Source of the DNA: an uncultured Planctomycetota bacterium
Lineage (GTDB): Bacteria; Planctomycetota; Planctomycetia; Isosphaerales; Isosphaeraceae
NCBI GenBank assembly: GCA_963737655.1
Contig: CAVTTN010000002.1
Span: forward strand, 448,001 to 512,000
Reading direction: 5' to 3'
Length of the DNA: 64,000 nt
The position numbers were made by a program, and so were the translations under genes. This document shows positions 20,193 to 29,753 of the stretch, piece after piece (the first letter of the stretch is position 1; each line of letters opens with the position of its first letter). Under the pieces are notes generated by a model. It saw only the letters and a program-made list of their open reading frames with translations, did not search any database and was not told the origin of the DNA.

Positions 20193-21466
20193 GCACCGCG
20201 TTTGAGAGAGGGATCGTCCTGTTCCGCCAGGGCCGGCCCGACCTGGCCGAGCGCGAGTTCCGGCAGGCCCTGTCCGAAGGGCCCGACGACGCGTTCCCCC
20301 ACGCCTTCCTCGCCCTCTGCCTGGCCGAAAAAAGCCGGAACCCCGAGGCGCTGGCCGAGGCCGACGAGGCCATGCGGCTCGCCCCCGACGAGGCGTTCTG
20401 CCACTCGGTCCGGGGCCGCATCCTGTTCGACCTGGGGAGGCTCGACGAGGCCGAGGCCGCCGCGAAGGAGGCCGCCGCACTGGACCCGGCCGACGCCGAG
20501 CACCGCGTCCTCCTCGGGCAGGTCGCGATCGGCCGCCGCCGATGGCCCGACGCCCTGGAAAACGCCGACGCCGCGCTCGCGCTCGACGCCCAGAGCCTCT
20601 CGGCCCGGAACCTCCGGGCCATCGCGCTGACCCAGATGGGCCGCAAGAGCGAGGCCGAGGCGACCCTGGGCGAGGCCCTCGCCGACGACCCCGAGGATCC
20701 GGTCACCCAGGCCAACCAGGGCTGGGTCTGCCTCCACCAGAACGACCCGAAACGCGCCCTGGAACACTTCCGCGAGGCCCTCCGCCTCGACCCCAACCTC
20801 GACTGGGCCCGCGCCGGGATCGTCGAGGCCCTGAAGGCGAAACACCTGCTCTACCGCCTGATGCTCCAGTTCTTCCTCTGGATCGGCCGGCAAGGGCGGG
20901 TGGCCCAGATCGGGCTCGTCCTGGCGATCGTGTTCGGCCGGAGTCTGCTCGCCTGGGTGGACGAGGTCGCGCCCGGGTATTCCTGGCTCGTTCGCCCCCT
21001 GATGATCCTCTCGTTCGCGTTCCTGATCCTGACCTGGATCGCCAGCCCGGTCTTCAACCTCCTCCTGAGGTTCAACCGCTTCGGACGGATGGCCCTCTCC
21101 AAGGAGCAACGGACCGAATCGACCTGGATCGGCGGATGCTTCCTGATCGCCCTGGCGGGGCTGATCGGCTACCTGGCCACCGCCTCTCAGGTCAGCTTCC
21201 TGGTGATGACGGCGTTCGGCCTCCTCCTGTTCCCCCTCGCCGTGACGTTCCGTGCCCCCGCCGGCCCGACTCGCCTCCTCCTGGCCGCCGGGACGGCCGT
21301 CCTCTTCCTGATGGACGTGCCGATCCTCGCCTGGAGCATCCTCGGCCCGAGCAGCCCGTTCGGCGGCCTCCACCAGGCCCACACGCTGTTCTACAACTCG
21401 ATCCTCGGCTGCGCCGGCTCCACCTGGATTTCCCTGGTCCTCAGCCAGAGAGCACGAGGCGGTTAG
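20189..21466 (+). CDS. TPR protein with C-terminal multi-pass membrane domain
   Basis: About 6 TPRs then about 6 TM segments; ATGA overlap with the AAA gene. Confidence 0.85.
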   Translation: MSTAFERGIVLFRQGRPDLAEREFRQALSEGPDDAFPHAFLALCLAEKSRNPEALAEADEAMRLAPDEAFCHSVRGRILFDLGRLDEAEAAAKEAAALDPADAEHRVLLGQVAIGRRRWPDALENADAALALDAQSLSARNLRAIALTQMGRKSEAEATLGEALADDPEDPVTQANQGWVCLHQNDPKRALEHFREALRLDPNLDWARAGIVEALKAKHLLYRLMLQFFLWIGRQGRVAQIGLVLAIVFGRSLLAWVDEVAPGYSWLVRPLMILSFAFLILTWIASPVFNLLLRFNRFGRMALSKEQRTESTWIGGCFLIALAGLIGYLATASQVSFLVMTAFGLLLFPLAVTFRAPAGPTRLLLAAGTAVLFLMDVPILAWSILGPSSPFGGLHQAHTLFYNSILGCAGSTWISLVLSQRARGG

Positions 21467-21517
21467 GCGGCGAAGCCTCGCGTCGCGATCGGTGGAGGCT
21501 CGCCAAGGGCACTCGTC

Positions 21518-21985
21518 ATGTCACGAGACACGGCCCACGAGTCCGGCACTCTCCGCTTCGACGGCCGCCTCATCACCTATGAGTCCCGTCACCTCGGCTC
21601 ATTTTCTCTCCCGATGGCCGACGTCGCCGTGATCGGCGAATACACGACCCAGGACGGCCCCTTTTTCGACGACTGGTTCCTCGTTTTCGTCCGTCGGGAC
21701 GGCGAATGGTTCGAGGCGTCGATGTACGGCGAAGGCCCGGAGGAGGTCCGCGACGGCCTCTCGAAGTCGCTCCGGGCCGAGATCCACCTGGGCCTCGCCG
21801 CCTCCACGGACTTCGCCAGTCGAGTCCTCTGGCCCCCGGGCCTCCTGGGCCAACCACTCTTCGAGTTCGTCAAGCCCTCGGGTTCCCGCTTCCTCGAACG
21901 CATGAGGCTCGTGATCTTGCCCGCCGTCCGCCGGCAGCTCTCGCCCGAGGTGCTTGCGGCGCTCGGAGGCGACGAGTGTCCTTGA
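21518..21985 (+). CDS. Hypothetical protein
   Basis: Natural composition (IGEYTTQDGPFFDDWFLVFV); fills the gap downstream of the operon. Confidence 0.7.
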   Translation: MSRDTAHESGTLRFDGRLITYESRHLGSFSLPMADVAVIGEYTTQDGPFFDDWFLVFVRRDGEWFEASMYGEGPEEVRDGLSKSLRAEIHLGLAASTDFASRVLWPPGLLGQPLFEFVKPSGSRFLERMRLVILPAVRRQLSPEVLAALGGDECP

Positions 21986-22035
21986 CCGGACTCCGCATCG
22001 GGCCGGCGACCCACGGTGTTCCACCGGTCTCCGCC

Positions 22036-23397
22036 TCATCCCAGCGACCACCCCTTGCGATACTCGCGGTGGAGGAACCGATCGGCATCGGGGGCATTCG
22101 GCACGCGGAGGCCGGCGGCGTCCCACTCGATCTTCTTGCCGAGCCGATAGGCCACGTTCCCGAGATGGTTCGCCTCGGTCAAACGGCCGGAATACTCGAA
22201 ATGGCAGGTCGTCGGCTCGCCCGTCTTGCACGCGCGGACCCACTCCTCGTGGTGGCCGATCGACGGAGGAATCGTGACCGGCGGTCTCGGGAAATCGCGA
22301 AACTCGTTCTCGGGCAACAGGATGTGACGGCCGTAATCGGCCAGGATCTTGCCCTTCGGACCGATGAACAGGGCACCGCTGTCCCACTTGGGGATGGCTC
22401 CCGAACTCCACGCCGCCGGCTTGTCTTCCCCCTGATACCACGTGAGCTTCACCGGCGGCAAATCGCCCCTCGGCCCGTACTCGTAGACGACGTGCATCGA
22501 CGCCGGGGCGATCTCGGGATGGGGAGGAGGGCCGAACGCCTCGACGGTCCTCGGGGCGTCGAGCTTCAGGGCCCAGAACGGCAGGTCGATCCAGTGGCTC
22601 CCGAGGTCGCTCATGGTCCCGTTGCCGAAGTCCCACCAGCGATACCACTTCGGACCGGGAAAGTAGACCTCGTGGAACGGCCTCTCGGGGGCCGGGCCGA
22701 GCCAGAGGTCCCAGTCCAGACCCCGGGGCACGGGCGATGACCCCGCCGGCCTCTCCTCGACCGTGACGATGTCGCCGTTCCGCCTCGCGGCCTCGGGCGA
22801 TTGACGGCCCCAGGCCCGGCCCACCCAGACGTGGGCCTCCGAGACCGGCCCGATCGCCCCGGATTGCACCAGCTCGACCACTCGCCGATAGTTGTCCGAG
22901 GCGTGAATCTGGGTCCCCATCTGGGTCGCGACCTTCGCCCTCGCCGCGGCCTCTCGAATCGTCCGGGCCTCGGAGACCGAGTGGGTCAGGGGCTTTTCGC
23001 AATACACATGTTTGCCGAGCTGGAGTGCCGGCAGCGTGGCGAAGGCGTGGGTATGCTCGGTCGTGCTCACGATCACCGCGTCGAACTCGTTCGCGTGGTC
23101 GAAAACCCGGCGGAAATCCCGTGTCCGCCTGGCTTTGGGATGAGACTTCGCGGCGTTTTCGACGGCCGAGTCGTACACGTCGCAAAGCGCCACGATCGTT
23201 TCCGAGGAGACGCTCTGGAGGTTCGAACCGCCCCGACCGCCCACCCCGATGCACGCGATGTTCAGCTTGTCGTTGAGGTTCCTCGCCCGGAGGAAGGCCG
23301 GGGCGCCGAACAGGGCCACCCCGGAGGCCGCGACCGCCCGGCCGAACGACCGACGGCTCGGCGCGGACCCGTTCGACGAAGGAGAGAGTGCGTCCAC
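22036..23397 (-). CDS. Tat-exported Gfo/Idh/MocA oxidoreductase
   Basis: SRRSF Tat motif, [32 protein letters not shown] start with GGAGG SD. Confidence 0.9.
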   Translation of the reverse strand: MDALSPSSNGSAPSRRSFGRAVAASGVALFGAPAFLRARNLNDKLNIACIGVGGRGGSNLQSVSSETIVALCDVYDSAVENAAKSHPKARRTRDFRRVFDHANEFDAVIVSTTEHTHAFATLPALQLGKHVYCEKPLTHSVSEARTIREAAARAKVATQMGTQIHASDNYRRVVELVQSGAIGPVSEAHVWVGRAWGRQSPEAARRNGDIVTVEERPAGSSPVPRGLDWDLWLGPAPERPFHEVYFPGPKWYRWWDFGNGTMSDLGSHWIDLPFWALKLDAPRTVEAFGPPPHPEIAPASMHVVYEYGPRGDLPPVKLTWYQGEDKPAAWSSGAIPKWDSGALFIGPKGKILADYGRHILLPENEFRDFPRPPVTIPPSIGHHEEWVRACKTGEPTTCHFEYSGRLTEANHLGNVAYRLGKKIEWDAAGLRVPNAPDADRFLHREYRKGWSLG

Positions 23398-23513
23398 GGC
23401 GAGCCTCCGGGTCGGGAAAAGGGGGATTCGCCCCAGGATGGACCGCCGGCCGAGGGGTTGCAAGCCCCTGGTTCCTGGTAAACTGAGCGACGATCTCGAC
23501 GAGGGGGACCATC

Positions 23514-24491
23514 ATGAACGAGGCGTGGCGATGGTGGATCGTGCCCTGGCTCTGGATCGCCGGATCGTCCGCCATCGCCGAGGATCGCGAGCCTCCGATC
23601 GTCGCCGAGAGGAAGGCGCTGGCGTTCCTGGCGACGGAGGTCCCCCGGTGGTCGGTCGAGAATCGCTGCTTCTCCTGCCATAATAACGGAGACGCGGCGA
23701 AGGCCCTGATCCTCGACCCCAAATCTCCGCCCGAGAGCCTGGCCGCGACGCTCGATTTCCTCACCCGGCCCGACCGCTGGGAAAAGAACGGGACCGACGC
23801 CGCATTCAGCGATAAGTCCCTGGCACGGCTCCAGTTCGCGTCGGCACTGAACACCGCGGTGAAGGCCGGGCGGGTCGCCGATCGATCGCTCTTGCTCGGC
23901 CCGGCCGAGGCTCTCGCCCGCGACCAGGCCGAGGACGGCTCATGGCGGATCGACGACGCCGCGCCGGTCGGCTCGCCCGCGACTTATGGCCCACCGATCG
24001 CCTCGGCCGTCGCGCTGGACGTCCTCCGCGCCTCCGACCCGAAGCGGTTCGCCCGGAACATCGCAAGGGCCGAGGACTGGCTCCGAAAACGCCCGATCGC
24101 GAACGTTCATGACGCCTCGGCGGTCCTCTTGGCACTCCCCGAACTGTCACCCGCTGATCGCCGTATCCGCTTGCAGTCATTTGAGTTGCTGCAAGGCGCC
24201 CAGAACGGCGACGGCGGCTGGGGGCCGTTTCGCCGATCGTCTCCCGAGGCCTTCGACACGGCCCTGGCCCTGCTCGCCCTGTCTCGCTGGGCCAATCGGG
24301 CCGAGGCCGGGCCAATTCTCGAACGGGGACGCCTCTGGCTGGCCCGGTCGCAGGCCCCCGACGGCGGCTGGCCCGCCACGACCCGGCCACCCGGCGGCGA
24401 CAGTTATGCCGAGAGGATCTCCACGACCGGATGGGCGACTCAAGCCCTTCAGAAAACCCGGGTTAAGGACGAGGCCGGACCGTCACGCTGA
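23514..24491 (+). CDS. Secreted prenyltransferase/squalene-oxidase (QW) repeat protein with a CxxCH motif
   Basis: QAEDGSW, QNGDGGW, QAPDGGW repeats; CFSCH; signal peptide. Confidence 0.75.
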   Translation: MNEAWRWWIVPWLWIAGSSAIAEDREPPIVAERKALAFLATEVPRWSVENRCFSCHNNGDAAKALILDPKSPPESLAATLDFLTRPDRWEKNGTDAAFSDKSLARLQFASALNTAVKAGRVADRSLLLGPAEALARDQAEDGSWRIDDAAPVGSPATYGPPIASAVALDVLRASDPKRFARNIARAEDWLRKRPIANVHDASAVLLALPELSPADRRIRLQSFELLQGAQNGDGGWGPFRRSSPEAFDTALALLALSRWANRAEAGPILERGRLWLARSQAPDGGWPATTRPPGGDSYAERISTTGWATQALQKTRVKDEAGPSR

Positions 24492-25590
24492 TCGTCGGGG
24501 CCTTCGGCTCCGGCCCGGCCGGGCGGAGCGCATCGACCTCGAACGGCCGGCTCACGCTGTTGCCGGCCAGGTCTTCCAGGTCCGGGTTCACCGCGATTTG
24601 ATACTCGCCCGCGGTCCACGGTCCATCGGGCCGGAAGCTCCACCGCGTCGATCCGGGATCGACATTGGTCTTGCCCGCGACCTGGCGGCCCTGGCCGTCC
24701 CGAACGGTCAGCGAACGGTCGAACAGGGCGCGGTCGAGCGGTTCGGGCGACCGGACCGTGAGCGGATCGCTCGTCCCGCTCTCGGGAGCGACAACCGTCC
24801 ACGTCCTCGGGTCGGGCTGAACGTCGTCGGGGGCGCCGACGCGGAAGTCCTTGCGAAACAACGACTTCAAGGGCCGCCCATCGGCGTCCGGCCACTCGCG
24901 ATCGATCGTCAAGGAGTACGATTTTCCCTCTTCGAGGATCGGCCCGTCCTCTTCACGAGGTCGAAGCCCCCGCTTGATCCGGCCCGGGTCCAGGAGCAGG
25001 GTCAAACGAGTCCCCGAGGGGTCCCAAAGCTCCTCGCCAATCTCCAGGAAAGGCGATTCGACGACCTTCCCGCCCTTCCCGACCAGCCGGACTCGCCGGT
25101 AGACCTCGCCCCGGGACATGGGCGCCGAGAAGAGGAGGTAGAACTTGAGCAGGTTCTCGGGCACGACTTCCGAAACGGGATCGACCCGGACGACCTCGGT
25201 CGATGCCCCTTTCACCGCCTCGTTTCGGGCGAATTCGAGGATGGTTTCCTTCGCCGAGATCGGACGAGGCAGCCGGTCCGGCCGGAACCGGGCGCGGTGG
25301 AGCAGGCCCGGATCGATCGGGAACCGGGGTTGGAACCGAACGGACGATCCCGCCACCCGATACCGGCCAGGGATCGGGGGACCATCCGTGCGATCCTTCC
25401 CAACCACGGTCACGGTAAAGAGATCGGTCCATCGAGACCGATCCCACGTCGCGAGTTCCGACAGGTTCGCCGCGTCGATCCCCTCGACGCTCACGCTCGG
25501 GGGATCGGCGTCGGCCAGGAAGCGGAGAGTCGGGCCCTCCCCGCCGAGCGGCAAACCGGCGAGGAGAGCAAGGGCCGCGAGGAAAGTCAC
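24463..25590 (-). CDS. Secreted hypothetical protein with Ig-like (SbsA/Big-like) domains
   Basis: Signal peptide; PENLLKFYLLFSAPM, LDPGRIKRGL, LEDLAGN; GTGA overlap with the upstream gene. Confidence 0.7.
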   Translation of the reverse strand: MTFLAALALLAGLPLGGEGPTLRFLADADPPSVSVEGIDAANLSELATWDRSRWTDLFTVTVVGKDRTDGPPIPGRYRVAGSSVRFQPRFPIDPGLLHRARFRPDRLPRPISAKETILEFARNEAVKGASTEVVRVDPVSEVVPENLLKFYLLFSAPMSRGEVYRRVRLVGKGGKVVESPFLEIGEELWDPSGTRLTLLLDPGRIKRGLRPREEDGPILEEGKSYSLTIDREWPDADGRPLKSLFRKDFRVGAPDDVQPDPRTWTVVAPESGTSDPLTVRSPEPLDRALFDRSLTVRDGQGRQVAGKTNVDPGSTRWSFRPDGPWTAGEYQIAVNPDLEDLAGNSVSRPFEVDALRPAGPEPKAPTISVTVRPRP

Positions 25591-26660
25591 GGAAGCTCGA
25601 TGGTTTCGAGGTTCTGGGCACCTTCGGGGGTCTGGATCAGGATGACCGCATGGGTCGCGTCCAGCTTGTCGAGCTGCATCACGCCCTTCAGGCCGGTGAT
25701 GGTCTCATAGCTGATCCCCTGGGTGTCCTTGACCGGCTTCACGATGCCCTCGGCCTCGCCGACGCCGCCGGTCGGGATCTTCATGACGCCCCGGCTGCTG
25801 TTGGCCAGCAGGAGGTAATCCTTGCCGCCCTTCTCATAGGTGATCATGTCGAGAGGGCGGTTCCGGTTGCCCAGCTCGGCCACGGTCGTGCCCTTGAGGT
25901 GGGAGCCGGCCTTGAGCTCGGAAAGGGGGATCTTCACCAGGGGCGTGCAGGTGTACGCGGCCAGGAGGTACGGCTCGCCCTTGATCTTGTAGGAGGTGAA
26001 GGTACGAACCGGCGACTTCGTCTCAAATCGGCCGTGGGCCCCGTGATAGATCTCGACGCTCGTGCCCGAGGCCGACTCCGAAAACGGGAAGGGGATCGCC
26101 AGCAACCGGGAGGAGAACTCCTCGTTCGACAGCCCGGCGACATAGACCCGGCCATCGATGAACGCCAGGTCGGTGATGACCTCGGAGGCCGGGCTGCGGG
26201 GGTTGGCGGCCGGCGCGTTCGGCAGGGTCGCCCGGGCGAACGGCACGTCTTCGAGGGAGACCAGGGCGAGCGACCCGTCCTTGCCGACCGAGATCAAGGC
26301 CGGGGCGGCGTCCGGTCCCTTGCCCCGGGCGATCGAGAGGTAAACCCTTCCCGAGGCGGGATTGACCGCCACATCATTGATGACGACCTTGTCGGCGGTA
26401 GTCCCGAGCAGGGCGGCGGCCTTCTCGGCGACGTTCTCGACCTTCACCGGGGCGGCCTCGCCCTTGCGGTCGCCGGTCTCGACGGCGATGATCGCCGCAC
26501 CCTTCGTGTCGGCCAGGAGGAGGAGGCCATCGGGACCGAAGGCGATGGGGCCCGAGGACTTCCATTCGGGCGTGCCCTTGGCCAGGTCGGCCGATCGGGC
26601 CGAGGGGCCGCCGATCGCCAGGGCGGCAATGGCCAGCGGGACGAGCCGTGAGAGTCTCAT
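25587..26660 (-). CDS. Secreted hypothetical beta-propeller-like protein
   Basis: Signal peptide ARSA; AFGPDG, GLSNEEFSS, YHGAHGRFET, AYTCTPLV; GGAGG SD. Confidence 0.75.
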   Translation of the reverse strand: MRLSRLVPLAIAALAIGGPSARSADLAKGTPEWKSSGPIAFGPDGLLLLADTKGAAIIAVETGDRKGEAAPVKVENVAEKAAALLGTTADKVVINDVAVNPASGRVYLSIARGKGPDAAPALISVGKDGSLALVSLEDVPFARATLPNAPAANPRSPASEVITDLAFIDGRVYVAGLSNEEFSSRLLAIPFPFSESASGTSVEIYHGAHGRFETKSPVRTFTSYKIKGEPYLLAAYTCTPLVKIPLSELKAGSHLKGTTVAELGNRNRPLDMITYEKGGKDYLLLANSSRGVMKIPTGGVGEAEGIVKPVKDTQGISYETITGLKGVMQLDKLDATHAVILIQTPEGAQNLETIELP

Positions 26661-26851
26661 CGTCGATGCCTCCAGGAGCGAAATCAGGGCGGGCGAAGCG
26701 AGGGGAGTCGCCGGTATCGGCGTCATTATCCGGCCGATTGGCCCGGTTGCAACGAGATTCCGGGACAATCCGCGACCCTCTGCCCGTCGGGGCGCCCGTC
26801 TGGGACACTGGCCCCGCCGTTCCCCCTCGCCGCGCCCCGCCGGAGACGACG

Positions 26852-28867
26852 ATGAATCCCGCTCTCGCCCTCGTCCTGCTCGTCGCGACCGCCCCGCGCG
26901 ACGTCCCGGTCATGGAAGTCACCACCGACGTTCGCCTTGATCCCACAAGGACTTACGGCCGGATCGTGATCAAGGCCAGCGGCATCACCCTCGACGGCGC
27001 CGGGGCCCGGATCCTCGGGGCCGTCGGCGGCGACCCGAAGACGTTCCGGGGGATCGGGATCGAGGCCCGCGGCGTCTCCGGCGTGACCCTCAAGAACGTC
27101 TCGGTCCGGGGTTGGGAGACCGGACTCCTCGTGGTCGATGGCGAGGGCTGGACCGTCGAAGGCTGCGACTTCTCCGACAACTTCCACGACCCGGAGTTCG
27201 GGTGGGGCGAGAACGGCCGACGAGGCGGGATCGTCCTGGATCGCGTCCGCCATTCCAAAATCCTGAAAAACAAGGCCAATCACGTCTGGGATGGCTGCGC
27301 CCTGGTCGATTCGGACGAGAACCGCCTCGACGGCAACGACTTCTCCCATACATCGAACACGGGCATGAAGCTCTGGAAGTCCTCAAAAAACACGGTGATT
27401 GGCAATAACCTCAGCTATGGTTTGAGGATACGCCCCGGCGAGGTCCACGCCCGGGATTCCGCCTGCCTCCTGATCGAGACCGGTTCCGACAACAACCGTT
27501 TCGAAAAGAACGACTGCACCCACGGCGGAGACGGCGTGTTCGTGCGAGTCCTGAACGGCTGGGTGAGCGTCGGCAATGTTTTTGACGGCAATGACGCCTC
27601 GTTCGCCAATAATAATGCCTTCGAAGCCTGGTCCCCTCGCAACGTCTATCGGCATAACAAGGCCAATCATTCGAGTTACGGCTTCTGGCTCGGGGCCTCG
27701 GATGGGACGGTCCTGATCGCCAACGAGGCCAGTCACAACGGCGAGGCGTCGGGCTTCCACAACTCGCCCCACCTTCCCGGCAACGGTCACGCGGGGATCG
27801 TGTTCATGTTCGGCCCGTCGAGCCACACTCTCGTGAAGGGCAACACCTGTCAGGGCAACAACGGCGCGGGTATCGCCTTGATTGGCGATCAGGGCAGCCA
27901 GGGGGAGAAGTGGAAAGCGTTCCACGGGATCATCGAGGACAACACGCTCACCGGCAACCGCTGGGGAATTTACGCCCGGTTCGCGGACTGGATCGACGTG
28001 TCGGGCAACCAGTTCGCGGACAATTCGGAGGCGGCGTTTTCGAGGGACGACTCGGTCACGAACGTGTTCGAGCACGACGGGCCCGCGGTCGCCTCGCCGA
28101 CGGCGGAACTCACAGCTCCGTCACGGGTTCGGACCGGCGAACCCGCGACCCTCGACGCGACGAGGAGCCGGACCTCCTCGGGCCATCCGCCGAAGGTCCG
28201 CTGGGATCTGGGAGACGGCACCATCCTCGCCGGGTCGGCCCCTCTGCTGGTCCGTCACGAGTTCCGGGAGCCGGGATTGAAGCGAGTCGGGCTGACCATC
28301 CGCGACGGGCGGGCCTCGTCGCTGGCCTGGAGAGACGTTTACGTGGTCGAGGATCGTCCCGAGATCGCCACCGACGGCCCCTCGACCGACTGGACCTGGG
28401 ACGACCCTCGCTCCTCGGTCGTCTTCTCCGAAGACCCGGCGCAAGCCCTCGCGGGCCGTTCTGCAATTCGTGGTGAAGTCAAGGCTTATGGCGGCGGGCG
28501 GACGACGTTCGTGGCCAGTGTGGGGAGTCCGGCCCGATCGCTGACCGGGAAGAAGAGCCTGGCGTTCTGGGTCCGGTCGAGGAACCCGAACCTCCCCGGC
28601 TGGCAGGGGCCGAACCCGGTCGTGACCCTCCGAGGCCCGAATCGGGCGTCGCGAATTCTGACCCCCGCGAGGGACTGGCTCGCCCAGCCGACCGAGAACG
28701 AGGCCCGCGAAGGTTGGACCCTCGTGACCGTCCCCCTGGAGGGCGGCGACGGCTGGGACGTGAAGGGCCCGAGGCCCACCTCCCTGGAGGCGATCGGGAT
28801 CGGACTCGATTCGTGGGGGATGGACCCGTGGACCGTCTGGATTGACGGAATGATTTTGAAGGATTAG
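26852..28867 (+). CDS. Secreted right-handed parallel beta-helix protein with PKD domain
   Basis: Asn-ladder repeats (N..SHN...G), WDLGDG PKD motif, C-terminal beta-sandwich. Confidence 0.8.
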   Translation: MNPALALVLLVATAPRDVPVMEVTTDVRLDPTRTYGRIVIKASGITLDGAGARILGAVGGDPKTFRGIGIEARGVSGVTLKNVSVRGWETGLLVVDGEGWTVEGCDFSDNFHDPEFGWGENGRRGGIVLDRVRHSKILKNKANHVWDGCALVDSDENRLDGNDFSHTSNTGMKLWKSSKNTVIGNNLSYGLRIRPGEVHARDSACLLIETGSDNNRFEKNDCTHGGDGVFVRVLNGWVSVGNVFDGNDASFANNNAFEAWSPRNVYRHNKANHSSYGFWLGASDGTVLIANEASHNGEASGFHNSPHLPGNGHAGIVFMFGPSSHTLVKGNTCQGNNGAGIALIGDQGSQGEKWKAFHGIIEDNTLTGNRWGIYARFADWIDVSGNQFADNSEAAFSRDDSVTNVFEHDGPAVASPTAELTAPSRVRTGEPATLDATRSRTSSGHPPKVRWDLGDGTILAGSAPLLVRHEFREPGLKRVGLTIRDGRASSLAWRDVYVVEDRPEIATDGPSTDWTWDDPRSSVVFSEDPAQALAGRSAIRGEVKAYGGGRTTFVASVGSPARSLTGKKSLAFWVRSRNPNLPGWQGPNPVVTLRGPNRASRILTPARDWLAQPTENEAREGWTLVTVPLEGGDGWDVKGPRPTSLEAIGIGLDSWGMDPWTVWIDGMILKD

Positions 28868-28874
28868 GGTTCCG

Positions 28875-29674
28875 TCACCAGTGCATGACGTACCCGCCGT
28901 CCACGTTGATCGTCTGCCCGGTCACGTTGCCGGCCCGTTCCGAGGCCAGGAAAACGGCCATCGCGGCGAGGTCATCGGGCGTCTGCCACCGTCCTAGGGG
29001 CACGAGTGCCCGGATCTTCTCGGCGGCCCAGTCCTCATAAGAAGGCCGACCCTCCGTCGGCTGGCGGGCCGCCCAGGACTCGAACACCGCCCGGTTCAGG
29101 GCCGTCTTGACCATCCCGGGACAGAGCGTGTTGACCCGAACTCCATAGGGGGCCAGGTCTTTCGCCGCGCACTGTGCAAAATTGATCAGGCCAGCCTTGG
29201 ACGCGCTATAGGGAGGGTCGGTCTGGGAGCCGATCTGGCCGGCGACCGAGGCGAGGAACAGGATCGAGCCCGAGCGTCTTTCGGCCATGTTTGGCGCGAA
29301 GGCATGGGCGACGGTCGCAGCCCCCACGAGGTTGACGCGGAGGACGCGGTCCCAGTCGTCCGGGTCGAGCCTCCAGAACGGGAAACCCAGCTTCCCCGAG
29401 CCGATCCCGGCGGCGAAAACCAGGTGGTCGCACCGGCCGAGATCCTGGCGGATCGTCGCCTCAACCGCTTTCATCGCAGGGAAATCGGTCGCGTCGGCGA
29501 CGAACCCGTGAAACGCGTGGCCGAGCCCGGCGGCGGTGTCGAGGGTGTCGGAGTCGCGATCGACGATCGCCGCGATCGCCCCCTCGGCGGCGAACGCCGA
29601 GGCGATCGCCTGGCCGATCCCTCGGCCCCGCCCACGATCGCCGCAACCTGGCCTTCCAGTTGAAGATCCATCAT
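28875..29674 (-). CDS. SDR family NAD(P)-dependent oxidoreductase, split by a 1-nt deletion at ~29620
   Basis: GGAEG(I)G Rossmann motif restored by one G; YSASK; VNTLCPG; TGQTINVDGG. Confidence 0.88.
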
Positions 29675-29732
29675 GGAGTACCCGTTGGCTCCAGGCGATG
29701 CACCCGCTTCGGAGGAATTACGGATCGAAGAT

Positions 29733-29753
29733 GGTGCATTTCATGCACCCTAC
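29733..29753 (-). repeat. GTAG-type REP-like palindrome GTAGGGTGCATGAAATGCACC, copy 3
   Basis: Overlaps the TAG stop of the upstream CDS. Confidence 0.65.

Noticed and set aside
23514..24491. Squalene-hopene cyclase or c-type cytochrome call
   Set aside because: Too short, exported and lacks DxDD; a lone CxxCH in a QW-repeat protein is insufficient for a cytochrome call
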